A DNA stretch of 64,000 bases from Heterodontus francisci. Taxonomy: Eukaryota. Below the pieces are notes generated by a model. It searched no databases. It worked only from the letters and a program-made list of their open reading frames with translations, and was not told the origin of the DNA. Location: assembly GCF_036365525.1 (NCBI RefSeq), contig NC_090399.1, positions 42,502,430 through 42,566,429 on the forward strand, written 5' to 3'. The translations under genes were made by a program, and so were the position numbers. Positions 27,871-39,004 of this stretch are shown here, in pieces (the stretch's first letter is position 1; each line of letters begins with the position of its first letter).

Positions 27871-28679
27871 TCATCGCACATCAGTGGTGTCATATGTCCA
27901 CATACTATGCACCTCTAAAGTGTTTCCACATGCTACCTCACAGAGAGGTCAAGGGGCACCAAATGCTTTGGGGTGTTGTAGCAAGCGTGAAGTCTTGATG
28001 TTAGGATGCAGCAAAGATGGAAAGCTGCAGTGAGTGAAGGAATAAAACTGTGCAAGAATTGCTGCCTTCTCTGAGGCTTGAAGTCAGGCCCTTCAGATTC
28101 TGAGACCGACACTCTGTCTACTGCATGTGTTCAAAAGGCCATGTGACCAAGTAGCACAGCTTGCACGATAGTCCAAACCATAATGCAAAGTTTGCATAAA
28201 TCTGCGAGCCAGACAGGAGTCAAAGCTATCAGCTCCCGATCCATAGTCAGACGTGTTACCCAGGCTGTGGAGCCTGGTGGCTCACAGTCCACAGAACTGC
28301 GGCATTAATAAGTAGACAAAGCCCCGAGTGGCTAAAGGAGCATGGTGAAAAATCAGTGAGGTTTGCTGCTTTCCTTTGATATCTCATCTGGTAGAGTGGA
28401 GGACTCCAGAGGAAAACAAAGCAAAGTTATCCTGAAATCGCTGGTTCATTTCCGGCTCGAAGGAGTGTATGCCATTTTGGAGTAAGTGTGTATTGGCAGC
28501 AATTAGCTGAAGGCTGCACTCTGAACTTGACGAATAGAGATGTACTAGAAATGTAAACAACCCAAATGTAAACAGAACAGGGAAGGAAAGCATAGAAAAG
28601 AATAAAGTGAGGGAGGACTTTGATGGTAAAGAAATGCATAGAATTATAGAACAGGAGTCTAAAAGATGGTTAAACATAA

Positions 28680-29061
28680 AGTGAGAGAAAATCCTATTAA
28701 AAATAAGTTAAAATATCTGTGGTGCAATGCCCACAGTATCTGTAATAAAACAGGTGAGCTGGAGGCAATCGTGTATTGGGAGGAACCAGATGTAGTTGGG
28801 ATGAGTGAGACATGGCAACTGAAAATTCAGGGACTGGGAATTAAACATTGCAGGGTATAACATATTTAGAAATGATAGAGAGGGAAAAAAGGAAGGTGGA
28901 GTACTTACATTGATTAGGAATAGCATAATGGCAGCAGAAAAAAAGGGATGCAGCTATTTGCAAGACAGAATTAGAATTCATATGGATAAAGATAAAAGAT
29001 AACAAATGATCAATCTACAGACCCCCACCTAATATTGGAAGGGAGATGTAGGAAGAAATAT
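28680..29061 (+). mobile_element. Host CR1 endonuclease fragment (continues at 30630-30846 and 35520-35865)
   Basis: KYLWCNAHSICNK..DVVGMSETW; later IIVGDFN, LLDLVMGN..EHLGS, then DHN at ~35527. Confidence 0.8.
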
Positions 29062-30098
29062 GGTTACGACCAAGGCGGGAGAAATGCACTGTTAATTCAG
29101 TCCCACTTCTCCATGGGTCACAGCACATCAATAAGTTTTTTCCACCAACCGAAGAATAGCCAATTAGATTCTATTTGTCCCCCAGAATAAAGCGCACCAA
29201 CCAGGTTTCTTTAAACAACAACAACACTAACTATTTTTTTAAAAAGTCTTTACCACTAATGAGATAAATCTATATATATGAAAGCTCCTTATTTCCCTAA
29301 TCCTCATGTACACACATACATTAAAAAAAACAGTTAAGTGGGAAAAAAAGGTTTTGGTTTGTTAGGAATAGAATGAATAATAAATCAGTTTGTCACGTTC
29401 TGGTAGGGTATTCTTCAGTTAGGTGAGGTGTCCCAGAGTCGCATAGTCAGACGCCACAGGAAGACTCTCCAGGCGAGGTTGATGAGCAGTCTACAATGGA
29501 TAGGCATTCAAGGCATTTCAGCTACAGCAGACATCACATAGGTTTTTCAGCAGGAGCGTAGCAGCAGCTCTGCTTTGGACGCACAGCAGCAGGTTCCAGG
29601 ATTTCCCAAAACACAGGAGGAAACAGGAACCACACAGGATGCAGGAATTCTTCAGAGACAGGAGGCAATAGGAATCTGCCAGCTTTCAAATACAGGGTTT
29701 CTTTTCACTGGATGCAAGTTTCCTTTTCAGAGAGTGGTATTTTCTGGGTCTTCCACTTTGATTTCCAGGCAGGTCAGAAACCAAATTTCAAATGCCTGCT
29801 CTTTGTCCAACTCACTGGTTTTAAAAGAGTCCAAAGTGAAAGTAAATCTTCCTGAGCTGATCACATGACCAGACACAGTGTCTCCCCTGTCATTTACAGT
29901 GTTGCTCTGAGGAGTTCAAAGACCCCTGACTGGCTTCCTTGAAACTGCTTGCTTTCCTATTCTTGTATACAAGTCAACATCGAAAAATTTCAGATATTTG
30001 CAGGTGTCCATGTCTACCGAAAATCCTTTTTTTCAGTTTTTATTTTAAAACACACAGAATTCTAAGATTTTAGTACAAAAATAAAACCTCTTGTAAAA
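29062..30098. mobile_element. Solo LTR (Gypsy-type) with 4-bp TSD ATAT
   Basis: Ends GGTTACGA..TTGTAAAA, a degenerate TGTTACGA..TCGTAACA. ATAT at 29058-29061 and 30099-30102. Confidence 0.65.
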
Positions 30099-30102
30099 AT
30101 AT

Positions 30103-30625
30103 TCATACCACACATTAGAAGTGACGTTAAGGCATTAGAGAGAGTGCATTAGAGTCACGAGAATGGTTCCAGGGATGAGGAACTTCAGTTCTGTGGATAG
30201 TTTGGAGAAACTGGAGCTGTTCTCCTTGGAGAAGAGGAGATTTGATAGAGGTGTTCAAAATCATGAGGGGTCTGAACAGACTAGATTGGGAGAAACTGTT
30301 TCCATAACTGTTCCCATTCGCAGAAAGATTCAGAACCAGAGGACAATGATTTAAGACAATTGGCAAAAAAAAAACCAATGGTGACATGGGGAAAACCTGT
30401 TTTATATACAGCAAATGGTTAGGATCTGGAGTGCACTACCTGAGAGTGTGATGGAGGCAGATTTAATTGAGGCTTTCAAAACAGAACTGGATAATTATCT
30501 GAAGAGAAAAACAATCAGGACTATGGGGAAAAGATGGGGAGTGGGACCAGGTGAGTTGCTCTTGTAGAAAACCGATACGGCAGGCTGAATGGCCTCCTTC
30601 TGCGCTGTAACCATTCTATGATTCT
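30103..30625 (+). mobile_element. CR1 3' fragment
   Basis: RMVPGMRNFS..LELFSLEKRR; tail CCATTCTATGATTCT. Confidence 0.85.
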
Positions 30626-30846
30626 GTAATTCTAATAATCGTGGGTGATTTCAACAAAACAGATATTAGTTGGACGGGAGAGGTAGGTAAAGGGGAGAAG
30701 GGAATGGAGTTCCTACAATGTGTACAGGACTCCTTTCTAACCCAATATGTAAAAAGCCCAACAAGGGAAGATCGCTCTTGGATCTAGTAATGGGGAATGA
30801 ACTAGAACAGATAAGAGAAGTAAAAACAGAGGAACATCTAGGCAGT

Positions 30847-33800
30847 TTCTTCTTTTGGGCCTCCTTATCTCGAGAGACAATGGATACGCGCCTGGAGGTG
30901 GTCAGTGGTTTGTGAAGCAGCGCCTGGAGTGGCTATAAAGGCCAATTCTGGAGTGACAGGCTCTTCCACAGGTGCTGCAGAGAAATTTGTTTGTTGGGGC
31001 TGTTGCACAGTTGGCTCTCCCCTTGCGCCTCTGTCTTTTTTCCTGCCAACTACTAAGTCTCTTCGACTCGCCACAATTTAGCCCTGTCTTTATGGCTGCC
31101 CGCCAGCTCTGGCGAATGCTGGCAACTGACTCCCACGACTTGTGATCAATGTCACACGATTTCATGTCGCGTTTGCAGACGTCTTTATAACGGAGACATG
31201 GACGGCCGGTGGGTCTGATACCAGTGGCGAGCTCGCTGTACAATGTGTCTTTGGGGATCCTGCCATCTTCCATGCGGCTCACATGGCCAAGCCATCTCAA
31301 GCGCCGCTGACTCAGTAGTGTGTATAAGCTGGGGATGTTGGCCGCTTCAAGGACTTCTGTGTTGGAGATATAGTCCTGCCACCTGATGCCAAGTATTCTC
31401 CGAAGGCAGCGAAGATGGAATGAATTGAGACGTCGCTCTTGGCTGGCATACGTTGTCCAGGCCTCGCTGCCGTAGAGCAAGGTACTGAGGACACAGGCCT
31501 GATACACTCGGACTTTTGTGTTCCGTGTCAGTGCGCCATTTTCCCACACTCTCTTGGCCAGTCTGGACATAGCAGTGGAAGCCTTACCCATGCGCTTGTT
31601 GATTTCTGCATCTAGAGACAGGTTACTGGTGATAGTTGAGCCTAGGTAGGTGAACTCTTGAACCACTTCCAGAGCGTGGTCGCCAATATTGATGGATGGA
31701 GCATTTCTGACATCCTGCCCCATGATGTTCGTTTTCTTGAGGCTGATGGTTAGGCCAAATTCATTGCAGGCAGACGCAAACCTGTCGATGAGACTCTGCA
31801 GGCATTCTTCAGTGTGAGATGTTAAAGCAGCATCGTCAGCAAAGAGGAGTTCTCTGATGAGGACTTTCCGTACTTTGGACTTCGCTCTTAGACGGGCAAG
31901 GTTGAACAACCTGCCCCCTGATCTTGTGTGGAGGAAAATTCCTTCTTCAGAGGATTTGAACGCATGTGAAAGCAGCAGGGAGAAGAAAATCCCAAAAAGT
32001 GTGGGTGCGAGAACACAGCCCTGTTTCACACCACTCAGGATAGGAAAGGGCTCTGATGAGGAGCCACCATGTTGAATTGTGCCTTTCATATTGTCATGGA
32101 ATGAGGTGATGATACTTAGTAGCTTTGGTGGACATCCGATCTTTTCTAGTAGTCTGAAGAGACCACGTCTGCTGACGAGGTCAAAGGCTTTGGTGAGATC
32201 AATGAAAGCAATGTAGAGGGGCATCTGTTGTTCACGGCATTTCTCCTGTATCTGACGAAGGGAGAACAGCATGTCAATAGTCGATCTCTCTGCACGAAAG
32301 CCACACTGTGCCTCAGGGTAGACGCGCTCGGCCAGCTTCTGGAGCCTGTTCAGAGCGACTCGAGCAAAGACTTTCCCCACTATGCTGAGCAGGGAGATTC
32401 CACGGTAGTTGTTGCAGTCACCGCGGTCACCTTTGTTTTTATAGAGGGTGATGATGTTGGCATCGCGCATGTCCTGGGGTACTGCTCCCTCATCCCAGCA
32501 CAGGCATAGCAGTTCATGTAATGCTGAGAGTATAGCAGGCTTGGCACTCTTGATTATTTCAGGGGTAATGCTGTCCTTCCCAGGGGCTTTTCCGCTGGCT
32601 AGGGAATCAATGGCATCACTGAGTTCCGATTTGGTTGGCTGTATGTCCAGCTCATCCATGACTGGTAGAGGCTGGGCTGCATTGAGGGCAGTCTCAGTGA
32701 CAGCATTCTCCCTGGAGTACAGTTCTAGGTAGTGCTCAACCCAGCGGTCCATCTGTTTGCATTGGTCAGTGATTATGTCCCCCGATTTAGATTTGAGGGG
32801 GGTGATCTTCTTGATGGTTGGCCCAAGAGCTCTCTTCATGCCATCATACATTCCTCTGATGTTTCCGGTGTCTGAGGCCAGCTGAATATGACTGCATAGG
32901 TGTTGCCAGTAGTCGTTTGCGCAACGCCTAGCTGTTCTTTGTGCAGTACTTCTGGCTGCTTTAAGTGCTGCGGATGTTAAATCGCTGGGGGCTTTCTTGT
33001 AGTTCAAAAGTGCAATGCGCTTAGCGGCTATGACAGGTTCCAGCTCTTCATTATGAGATTGAAACCAGTCTGCATTTCTCTTCGCACTTTTGCCGTAGGT
33101 GGTCAAAGCTGACTCATAGATGGCGTCTCTGATGTGGGCCCACTTGGTCTCAGCATCCCCTGTGGGAGTGTTTGGAAGGGCTGTTACAAGTGAATTTAGA
33201 AATTTTTGTAACAGCTGTGGGTGAGAAATTCTGCTCGTGTTGATGCGCGGGTGGCCCTTCTGCTTGGAATGATGCAACTTCTTTGGTCTGAGTCTAACCT
33301 TGCTGCACACCAGGGAGTGGTCGGTGTCGCAGTCCGCACTGTGGAAGCTGCGTGTGATTTGAACACTGTTTAAGGAGGCTCGCCTTGTGACAATGAGGTC
33401 TAGCTGGTGCCAACGACGTGATCTTGGGTGCCTCCATGAAACCTGGTGACAGGGTTTAGTGTGAAAGAACGAGTTGGTGATGCAGAGGTTATGATAGGTA
33501 CACAACTCAAGCAGTCTCTGCCCGTTCTCATTCATCCTTCCAACGCCATAGCGCCCAAGGCAGGAGGGCCATGAGTCATGGTCGGCCCCAACCCTGGCAT
33601 TAAAGTCCCCCAGCAGGAATAGGTGTTCGGTGTTGGGGATGCTGCTAATGATGTTATGGAGTTGTTCATAGAACTGGTCTTTAGCTTCAGGTGCGGAACA
33701 GAGTGTTGGAGCATAGATGCTGAGTAGGTGTACTGGACCAGAGGTGGTGAGCAGTCGGATGGACAGTATGCGTTCCGAGCCATTTGAGGGAGGCTCTATC

Positions 33801-34620
33801 ATGCTGAGCAAGGAGTTTCTGATGGCGAAGCCCACTCCATGCTGTCTTGGTTCTTCAGGATCCCTGCCCTGCCAGAAGAAGGTGTAGTCTTGCTCTGCTA
33901 GAGAGCCACTCGCGGGGAGGCGAGTCTCCTGAAGTGCTGCAATGTCCACATTGAGTCTACTGAGCTCGTTGTTAATGATGGCGGTCTTCCGAGAATCGTT
34001 GATTTGTGTAAGGTCTTCCGACAGGCCAGGACACATAGTTCTGACGTTCCAGCTTGCAAAACGAAGGGCTGGTACCTTCTTTCCTTTTTTCATGTTGTTT
34101 GGTGCGGTGTATCAGTCCACCTTTCGGGCAATGACCCTGAGCTCCAAGCACCCATTGAAGCAGGCAGACTGTGGCGGGACAGAACCTTATTGACCGGGGG
34201 CTGCCCGGTTTGAGGCGGGCGGTAGCTGTCCAGTGAGGTGCAATGACCTCTCCCACCGACAAAGGCAACCCGTGGCGCCCAGTTTCTACGCCAATTTATC
34301 TGGACTTATAACCCGTAACTGCTGCCTTCCGTGTTGTTTCAGTCGCTGTGAGGCAACTATGGAGTGACCTCTCCATGGCGCATGCCTGGGCAAATTTATG
34401 GAGGTTGAGAGTTGCCCAGTCGTCAAAACCCCCCTCTCGGCCTTTCTGGTGGGGTCCAAAGGAGTGCAGGACACGACGTTTGGCACCAGTATGGCTGCAG
34501 GAACTGCCGGAAACATGCCAAAGGTGACACATGACCGCCTACGGGGTTCCGCTCCGGATTTTCTGTTAGGGTTTACTCCCTTAGCCTTGGTCTCTCCCGA
34601 GACGCCCACAAGGCAGTGGG
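30847..34620 (-). mobile_element. Full-length RTE-clade LINE with intact ORF
   Basis: (GAA)-type 3' tail, one 1063-aa ORF and ~500 bp of 5' UTR. The 5' boundary is uncertain. Confidence 0.93.
30902..34093 (-). CDS. RTE LINE polyprotein: APE endonuclease, reverse transcriptase and C-terminal zinc finger (1063 aa)
   Basis: SWNVRT, LQETR, LLGDFNA, DCDTDH, NYRGISLL, FIDLTKAFD, GVKQGCVLAP, LLFADD, YLGS, CSTCGRACHSRIGLYSH; no stops. Confidence 0.96.
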   Translation of the reverse strand: MKKGKKVPALRFASWNVRTMCPGLSEDLTQINDSRKTAIINNELSRLNVDIAALQETRLPASGSLAEQDYTFFWQGRDPEEPRQHGVGFAIRNSLLSMIEPPSNGSERILSIRLLTTSGPVHLLSIYAPTLCSAPEAKDQFYEQLHNIISSIPNTEHLFLLGDFNARVGADHDSWPSCLGRYGVGRMNENGQRLLELCTYHNLCITNSFFHTKPCHQVSWRHPRSRRWHQLDLIVTRRASLNSVQITRSFHSADCDTDHSLVCSKVRLRPKKLHHSKQKGHPRINTSRISHPQLLQKFLNSLVTALPNTPTGDAETKWAHIRDAIYESALTTYGKSAKRNADWFQSHNEELEPVIAAKRIALLNYKKAPSDLTSAALKAARSTAQRTARRCANDYWQHLCSHIQLASDTGNIRGMYDGMKRALGPTIKKITPLKSKSGDIITDQCKQMDRWVEHYLELYSRENAVTETALNAAQPLPVMDELDIQPTKSELSDAIDSLASGKAPGKDSITPEIIKSAKPAILSALHELLCLCWDEGAVPQDMRDANIITLYKNKGDRGDCNNYRGISLLSIVGKVFARVALNRLQKLAERVYPEAQCGFRAERSTIDMLFSLRQIQEKCREQQMPLYIAFIDLTKAFDLVSRRGLFRLLEKIGCPPKLLSIITSFHDNMKGTIQHGGSSSEPFPILSGVKQGCVLAPTLFGIFFSLLLSHAFKSSEEGIFLHTRSGGRLFNLARLRAKSKVRKVLIRELLFADDAALTSHTEECLQSLIDRFASACNEFGLTISLKKTNIMGQDVRNAPSINIGDHALEVVQEFTYLGSTITSNLSLDAEINKRMGKASTAMSRLAKRVWENGALTRNTKVRVYQACVLSTLLYGSEAWTTYASQERRLNSFHLRCLRRILGIRWQDYISNTEVLEAANIPSLYTLLSQRRLRWLGHVSRMEDGRIPKDTLYSELATGIRPTGRPCLRYKDVCKRDMKSCDIDHKSWESVASIRQSWRAAIKTGLNCGESKRLSSWQEKRQRRKGRANCATAPTNKFLCSTCGRACHSRIGLYSHSRRCFTNH

Positions 34621-35865
34621 GTTGTTGGGGCCCCTACACAGGTGTAGGATGGTGCCGGTGGGAGGAGGGGATGCAAGGGGGAGGGGTAGAGGGAGGGGGT
34701 GGGGGGGGGTGCAGGGGAAGGGGGTGCGGGGTGAAGATGGTGCGAGGGGGGTGCGGGCTGGGACGGGGTTGTGAGGGGGTGAGCTGAGAAGGTGGAGCAG
34801 GGAAGGGGACGGGGGTGGGGGGGGGGTGGAAGGGGGGTAAAGGGGGGGGGAGGGGGGGTGGAATCTGGTGCAGGTAATAAGCCATTTCCTCAGTGCCCAC
34901 CATCGACGTCCGGAAAGCTCATCCACGTCCTTCGGGAGGTGAAGCATCATTTGGCAGACTTAGAGGTGATTACATTTGCTAAGGGTTTTTTTTTTGCAGT
35001 GGTTTAAATAAAGGCATGCAGCATTGCCGACAGTGCGCTGCAGATGCTCTCCGAGCCATCTCCCGCGGGCGCTTTGAAGTTGCGGCCGGGGGGGCCGTTC
35101 GTGGATGTTTTGGGTGTTCGGGGCACCTTTTCACAGGACTTCTCTCGGGTCCCGCAGCTCCTTCTTCACCTCAATGGACTTACCGCATGCCGTGACTGCA
35201 GACACTCTGGACTGTGAAGACAGCAGGATCGGAGATTAAAGTATCGGCAGCTGTGCTCGTCAGTTTCATCCGGATCAATTTCATTGAGAAAACAAAGAGC
35301 AGGTGTGGCTGGGGGAGGGCAGTGGGCCCAGGTAACATACACTAAACTAACTGTTAACTTTTAGATAGGGCTAAAATGAACTGATTTAAAGAGCCAGGGG
35401 AATTTAAACAGTTTAAGAGGGCAGATTGGGGGAGAAAACGTTAGGGATGGGAGCAGATGGCCATGGATAGAGTTGAACAGCTAGGGAGCTTCCAGCCCAG
35501 GAGCCATCTTTTCTAGTTCCAGATCGTGACCATAATATAACACACTTTAAGATGATGGTAGAAAAAGACTATAAGTATGACCTGGTTAACAGATTGGAGT
35601 AAAGCTGATTTTGAGGGACTGAGAATAGAACTTGGGAAAATAAAATGGGAAAAAATATTGGCAAACGATGATGCAGATTCCAGAACAACAATGGGAAACA
35701 TTGTTCAATAGAGTGCAGGAAAATATATTCTGCTAGAAGAAAAGATCAAACTAAACACTCGTGAGACTCTATGGATGAATAAAGAAATAGGGAACAATTG
35801 AGGGTTAGCAAAGAAGCATACATTAAGTACATAGACAACAGAGGAGTGCATGATAAGAAAAAATG

Positions 35866-36140
35866 ATCTGGAATTGAAAGCTAGTCTCAGTCATGGCACC
35901 ATGACTATCATCAATTGTCATAAAAGCCCATGTGGTTCACTAATGTCTGTTAGGAAAGGAAATCTGCCGTCCTTACCTGGTCTGACCGACATGTGACTCC
36001 AGACCCACAGCAATGTGGTTGGCTCTTAACTACCCTCTGAAATGGCCTAGCAAGCCATTCAGTTGTCAAGGGAAATTAGGGATGGGCAACAAATTCTGAC
36101 CTTGCCAGCAATGCCCACATCCCAATAAAGAATTTTAAAA
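35866..36140 (+). mobile_element. SINE-like element (body and 3' tail shared with the tRNA-headed LINE at 60314)
   Basis: GGAAATCTGCCGTCCTTACCTGGTCTG..GAAATGGCCTAGCAAGCC matches 60430-60635. The tail GGGATGGGCAA..CCCACATCCC matches 61540-61580. Confidence 0.8.
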
Positions 36141-36228
36141 AAGTAAAAAAAACAAAAATTAGGAAAGCACAGAGGAACTCTGAAATTAAATTATCAAAGA
36201 ACAAAACAAAATAGTAAAATATTGTAAA

Positions 36229-36663
36229 ATACTGACCCTCCGACAGTGCAGCGCTCCCTCACTACTGACCCTCCGACAGTGCAGCGCTCCCTCACTACTG
36301 ACCCTCCGACAGTGCAGCGCTCCCTCACTACTGACCCTACGACAGTGCTGCTCTCCCTCAGTACTGACCCTCCAACAGTGCAGCGCTCTCTCAATACTGA
36401 CCCTCCGACAGTGGAACGCTCCCTCAGTACTGACCCTCCTACAGTGCAGCACTCCATCAGTAGTGACCCTCTGACAGTGCTGCTCTCCCTCAGTACTGAC
36501 CCTCCGACAGTGCAGCGCTCCCTCAGTACTGACCCTCCGACAGTGCAGCGCTCCCTCAGTACTGCCCCTCCGACAGTGCAGCGCTCCCTCGGTACTGATC
36601 CTCCGACAATGCAGCTCTTCGTCAGTACTGACCCTCTGACAGTGCAGCACTCCCTCAGTACTG
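36229..36663. repeat. 33-bp minisatellite (CAGTACTGACCCTCCGACAGTGCAGCGCTCCCT), probably DeuSINE-derived
   Basis: 11-aa periodic ORFs. The unit matches CAGTGCAGCGCTCCCTCAGT in the SINE-like relic near 56880. Confidence 0.9.
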
Positions 36664-36665
36664 CC

Positions 36666-37055
36666 TGTAATGAGGTCTTTTTATGTTGTCTGATGCAAAT
36701 TTAATGAGATGCGTGGAGTCCAGGTTGTTGAAGAGCTCCACTAGACGCTATATAATGGAATCTAAATACTGCAGATGCTGGAATCTGAAATAGGAAACAA
36801 ATTGCTGGAAATACTTAGCAGGTCTGGTAGCATCTGTGGAGAGAGGTGCTGAGTTAACGTTTCAGGTCTGTGACCTTTCATCAGCTTATTACTGCTAACT
36901 TATTATACAGTACAGAACTCACTATTTACAGAACTTGCCTCTACTTGTTACAGCAGCAGTGAGACGAGCATGTAGTCACATGACTACATCCTGGCACTTA
37001 GCTCATGAGCATACCAAGATCTTAAAAGGACACTCTTAAAGACAATCACACAGCA
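36666..37055 (-). repeat. 3' LTR of the myc-bearing element, interrupted by a Penelope terminal fragment at ~36755-36885
   Basis: Starts with TG immediately after the PPT and ends ..CATTACA next to the minisatellite. Confidence 0.7.
36852..36885 (-). ncRNA. Minimal hammerhead ribozyme core (Penelope pseudo-LTR)
   Basis: Reverse complement CTGATGA-A-AGGTC aca GACCT-GAAA-CGTT-AACT; canonical core, with the 5' arm of stem I truncated. Confidence 0.65.
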
Positions 37056-37199
37056 TCCCCTTCTTTCCAAAGTCTCGTGTGCTAGAATGAAAAAAAAAGA
37101 AACACTAGATAGCATCAAAATTAGTATATAGAAGGATCGAGAAAAATTTACAAGTATACAGCCGCACAAGTCTATGTTTCGTTTTGGTGATTTGACAAC

Positions 37200-37695
37200 T
37201 CTTGCTCGGAGAATGTGTGTCTCGGGTGTTGAGTTTCTTAATGAAGTTTCTCCATCTCTGCATTCAGTTTCTGATGCTCTGCCTTCAGCCTGCTGACGTA
37301 CTCTGTTGCTTTATTCAAGATCACCACTTTTGAGGCCTTGTCAATCTTGGAGAGTTCCGGCACCTCATCTTGAAGATCTAACAGACAATGCTTCAACTCA
37401 TTCCTCCTCTGCCTCTTGAGGGCATTGTGTGTCCTTCACCTCTCCTCATCCTCTGTGTCTGAAGCTTCAGGCTTAAGGTTGAGGAGCAGTTGAGGGAGGA
37501 GTACTTGGTCTTATGGAGATACCTGCCCGCTCTGGCTTGTTGTGGTACTGTAAGTTCTCTAGAGAGCAAAAGTGAAGGCACGGCATAGTTGTGCTATTGC
37601 TGGGTTTCCAGACTGCACCATTTGATGCTGGTCAGTCTGTGAGCGGGTTCCGGTCCTTGGAGATTTCCCCTTGGTCTCTTCTGCTGTAATGGTTA
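37200..37695 (-). pseudogene. myc: Transduced Myc-family C-terminal fragment (Myc box IV and bHLH-LZ), decayed
   Basis: Manual translation gives IKWCSLETQQ*HNYAVPS (HNY at 37585-37593). After a frameshift it reads [76 protein letters not shown]. Compare c-Myc [56 protein letters not shown]. Confidence 0.93.
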
Positions 37696-37699
37696 CCTT

Positions 37700-38017
37700 A
37701 GTGACCTCATGGATGGTTATAATGTTGAGGTCCTTATACATTGGTAGTCCAACCTCTGCTTGCCTGCTCGTGTTAACTAGGTAGAACATTTGTGGTTCCA
37801 TGCTGACTTGGCATAGCTGCATTGCATTGTTAGTGTGATACTGCAAGGGAATGGATGACCTGTTGTATGCAGATAACCTGGCAGTTGTCAGTTGTATCAT
37901 TGATTTCCAGTGACTCCAGAACATATCTTTCATGATTCGGACTGGTAGTATATTTGCACGAGCTTCGGTGTCAATCTTGACCCAGAGTGTATGTTTGTCA
38001 GCTTTCTTTGGGCACAT
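37700..38017 (-). pseudogene. Retroelement aspartic protease (decayed)
   Basis: VKIDTEARANILP is the DTG(A) motif with G to E. LSAYN..IP and FYLV..GLP follow. Confidence 0.8.
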
Positions 38018-38259
38018 GATGTTAAATGGAGCAAAAGTTGTTTGACTTCATCAACATGATGTGTTAGGTTCACAATGTGGAACGCTTTCTCATCTTCTGT
38101 TTGAGAACGTCTTCTCTCAGAGTCTGGTCTCAGGTTTGTTTTGCTGTGGACTTCGTGTATCAGCTTGCATTTACTCAAGACTTTGGCATGTTCCTTGCTG
38201 CTGTTGCCCTGTTTTCTGTTTGCTTGTGTTCTACCGTGACTTCTGGCTGTGTCTCTGGA

Positions 38260-38959
38260 GCCAGAATTATTGCATAGGTGTACCCAGTGTCCTTTTGCTA
38301 CACGCCTTGCACAGGTCTCAAAATGCAGGACAACTTCACCATGAATAGGACCAACCACACTTACCACACAGCTTGTTTGCTCTTTTCAACCTGGTTATTG
38401 GTCTGATACTGTTGGCTACAGCTAGTGCTTGCAGGTCCTGTTGTTCAGCTACAATGGCTTCATATTTCCTGCCATCTTGCAGCAGTGCATCAATTCTGTG
38501 ACCTTTCTTTTTCCCGATGAGGTCTTTCTGAAATGCTTCAATGGGTATTCATATGAGCATCAGCTCCATTATTCGGTCAGACAGCTCAGTTTCTGAGAAG
38601 TCGCATTTATTGCCCTTACTACGGCATCTACTAATGAACTGGTCTATTGATTCCTGTGGCTGTTGCCTGTAGGATATCAATTCCAGGTGGTGAATTTGAA
38701 AATTCACTCTTAATCGGAGTTGATCATCCAGCACCATCCATATCTTTGCGGGATATTTCTGGTCCTCTTCAGGTAAGCCAGAGTTATTGATTCTGTGTAA
38801 TCCATCAGTTCTGACTGTTAGAAGCATTTTTACAGCCTGTTTTTCTGGTACTACAATTATTTGGTCTTTAAAGCCTAATGACATTCCTTTTTGGAACAGT
38901 TTGAATTCTGATAGGATACCCAGGTCTTTCCAGTTTGTGCTGCAAAATTTGGTATCCAT
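38260..38959 (-). pseudogene. Gypsy-type gag with CCHC knuckle (decayed)
   Basis: ORF 38549..38959 plus a downstream Cys/His cluster. Confidence 0.8.
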
Positions 38960-39004
38960 AGTTCTACTGCTGTTTTGCTTTAAGACAAGCTTCTATGATT
39001 CTGT

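Noticed and set aside
34611-34617. AGGCAGT as the RTE TSD (also at 30840-30846)
   Set aside because: The host CR1 does not resume after it but ~900 bp later, so the match is probably coincidental.
37200-37695. Native myc gene last exon
   Set aside because: No upstream myc exons or clear splice acceptor were found. It is flanked by protease and PPT/LTR and contains stops and a frameshift.
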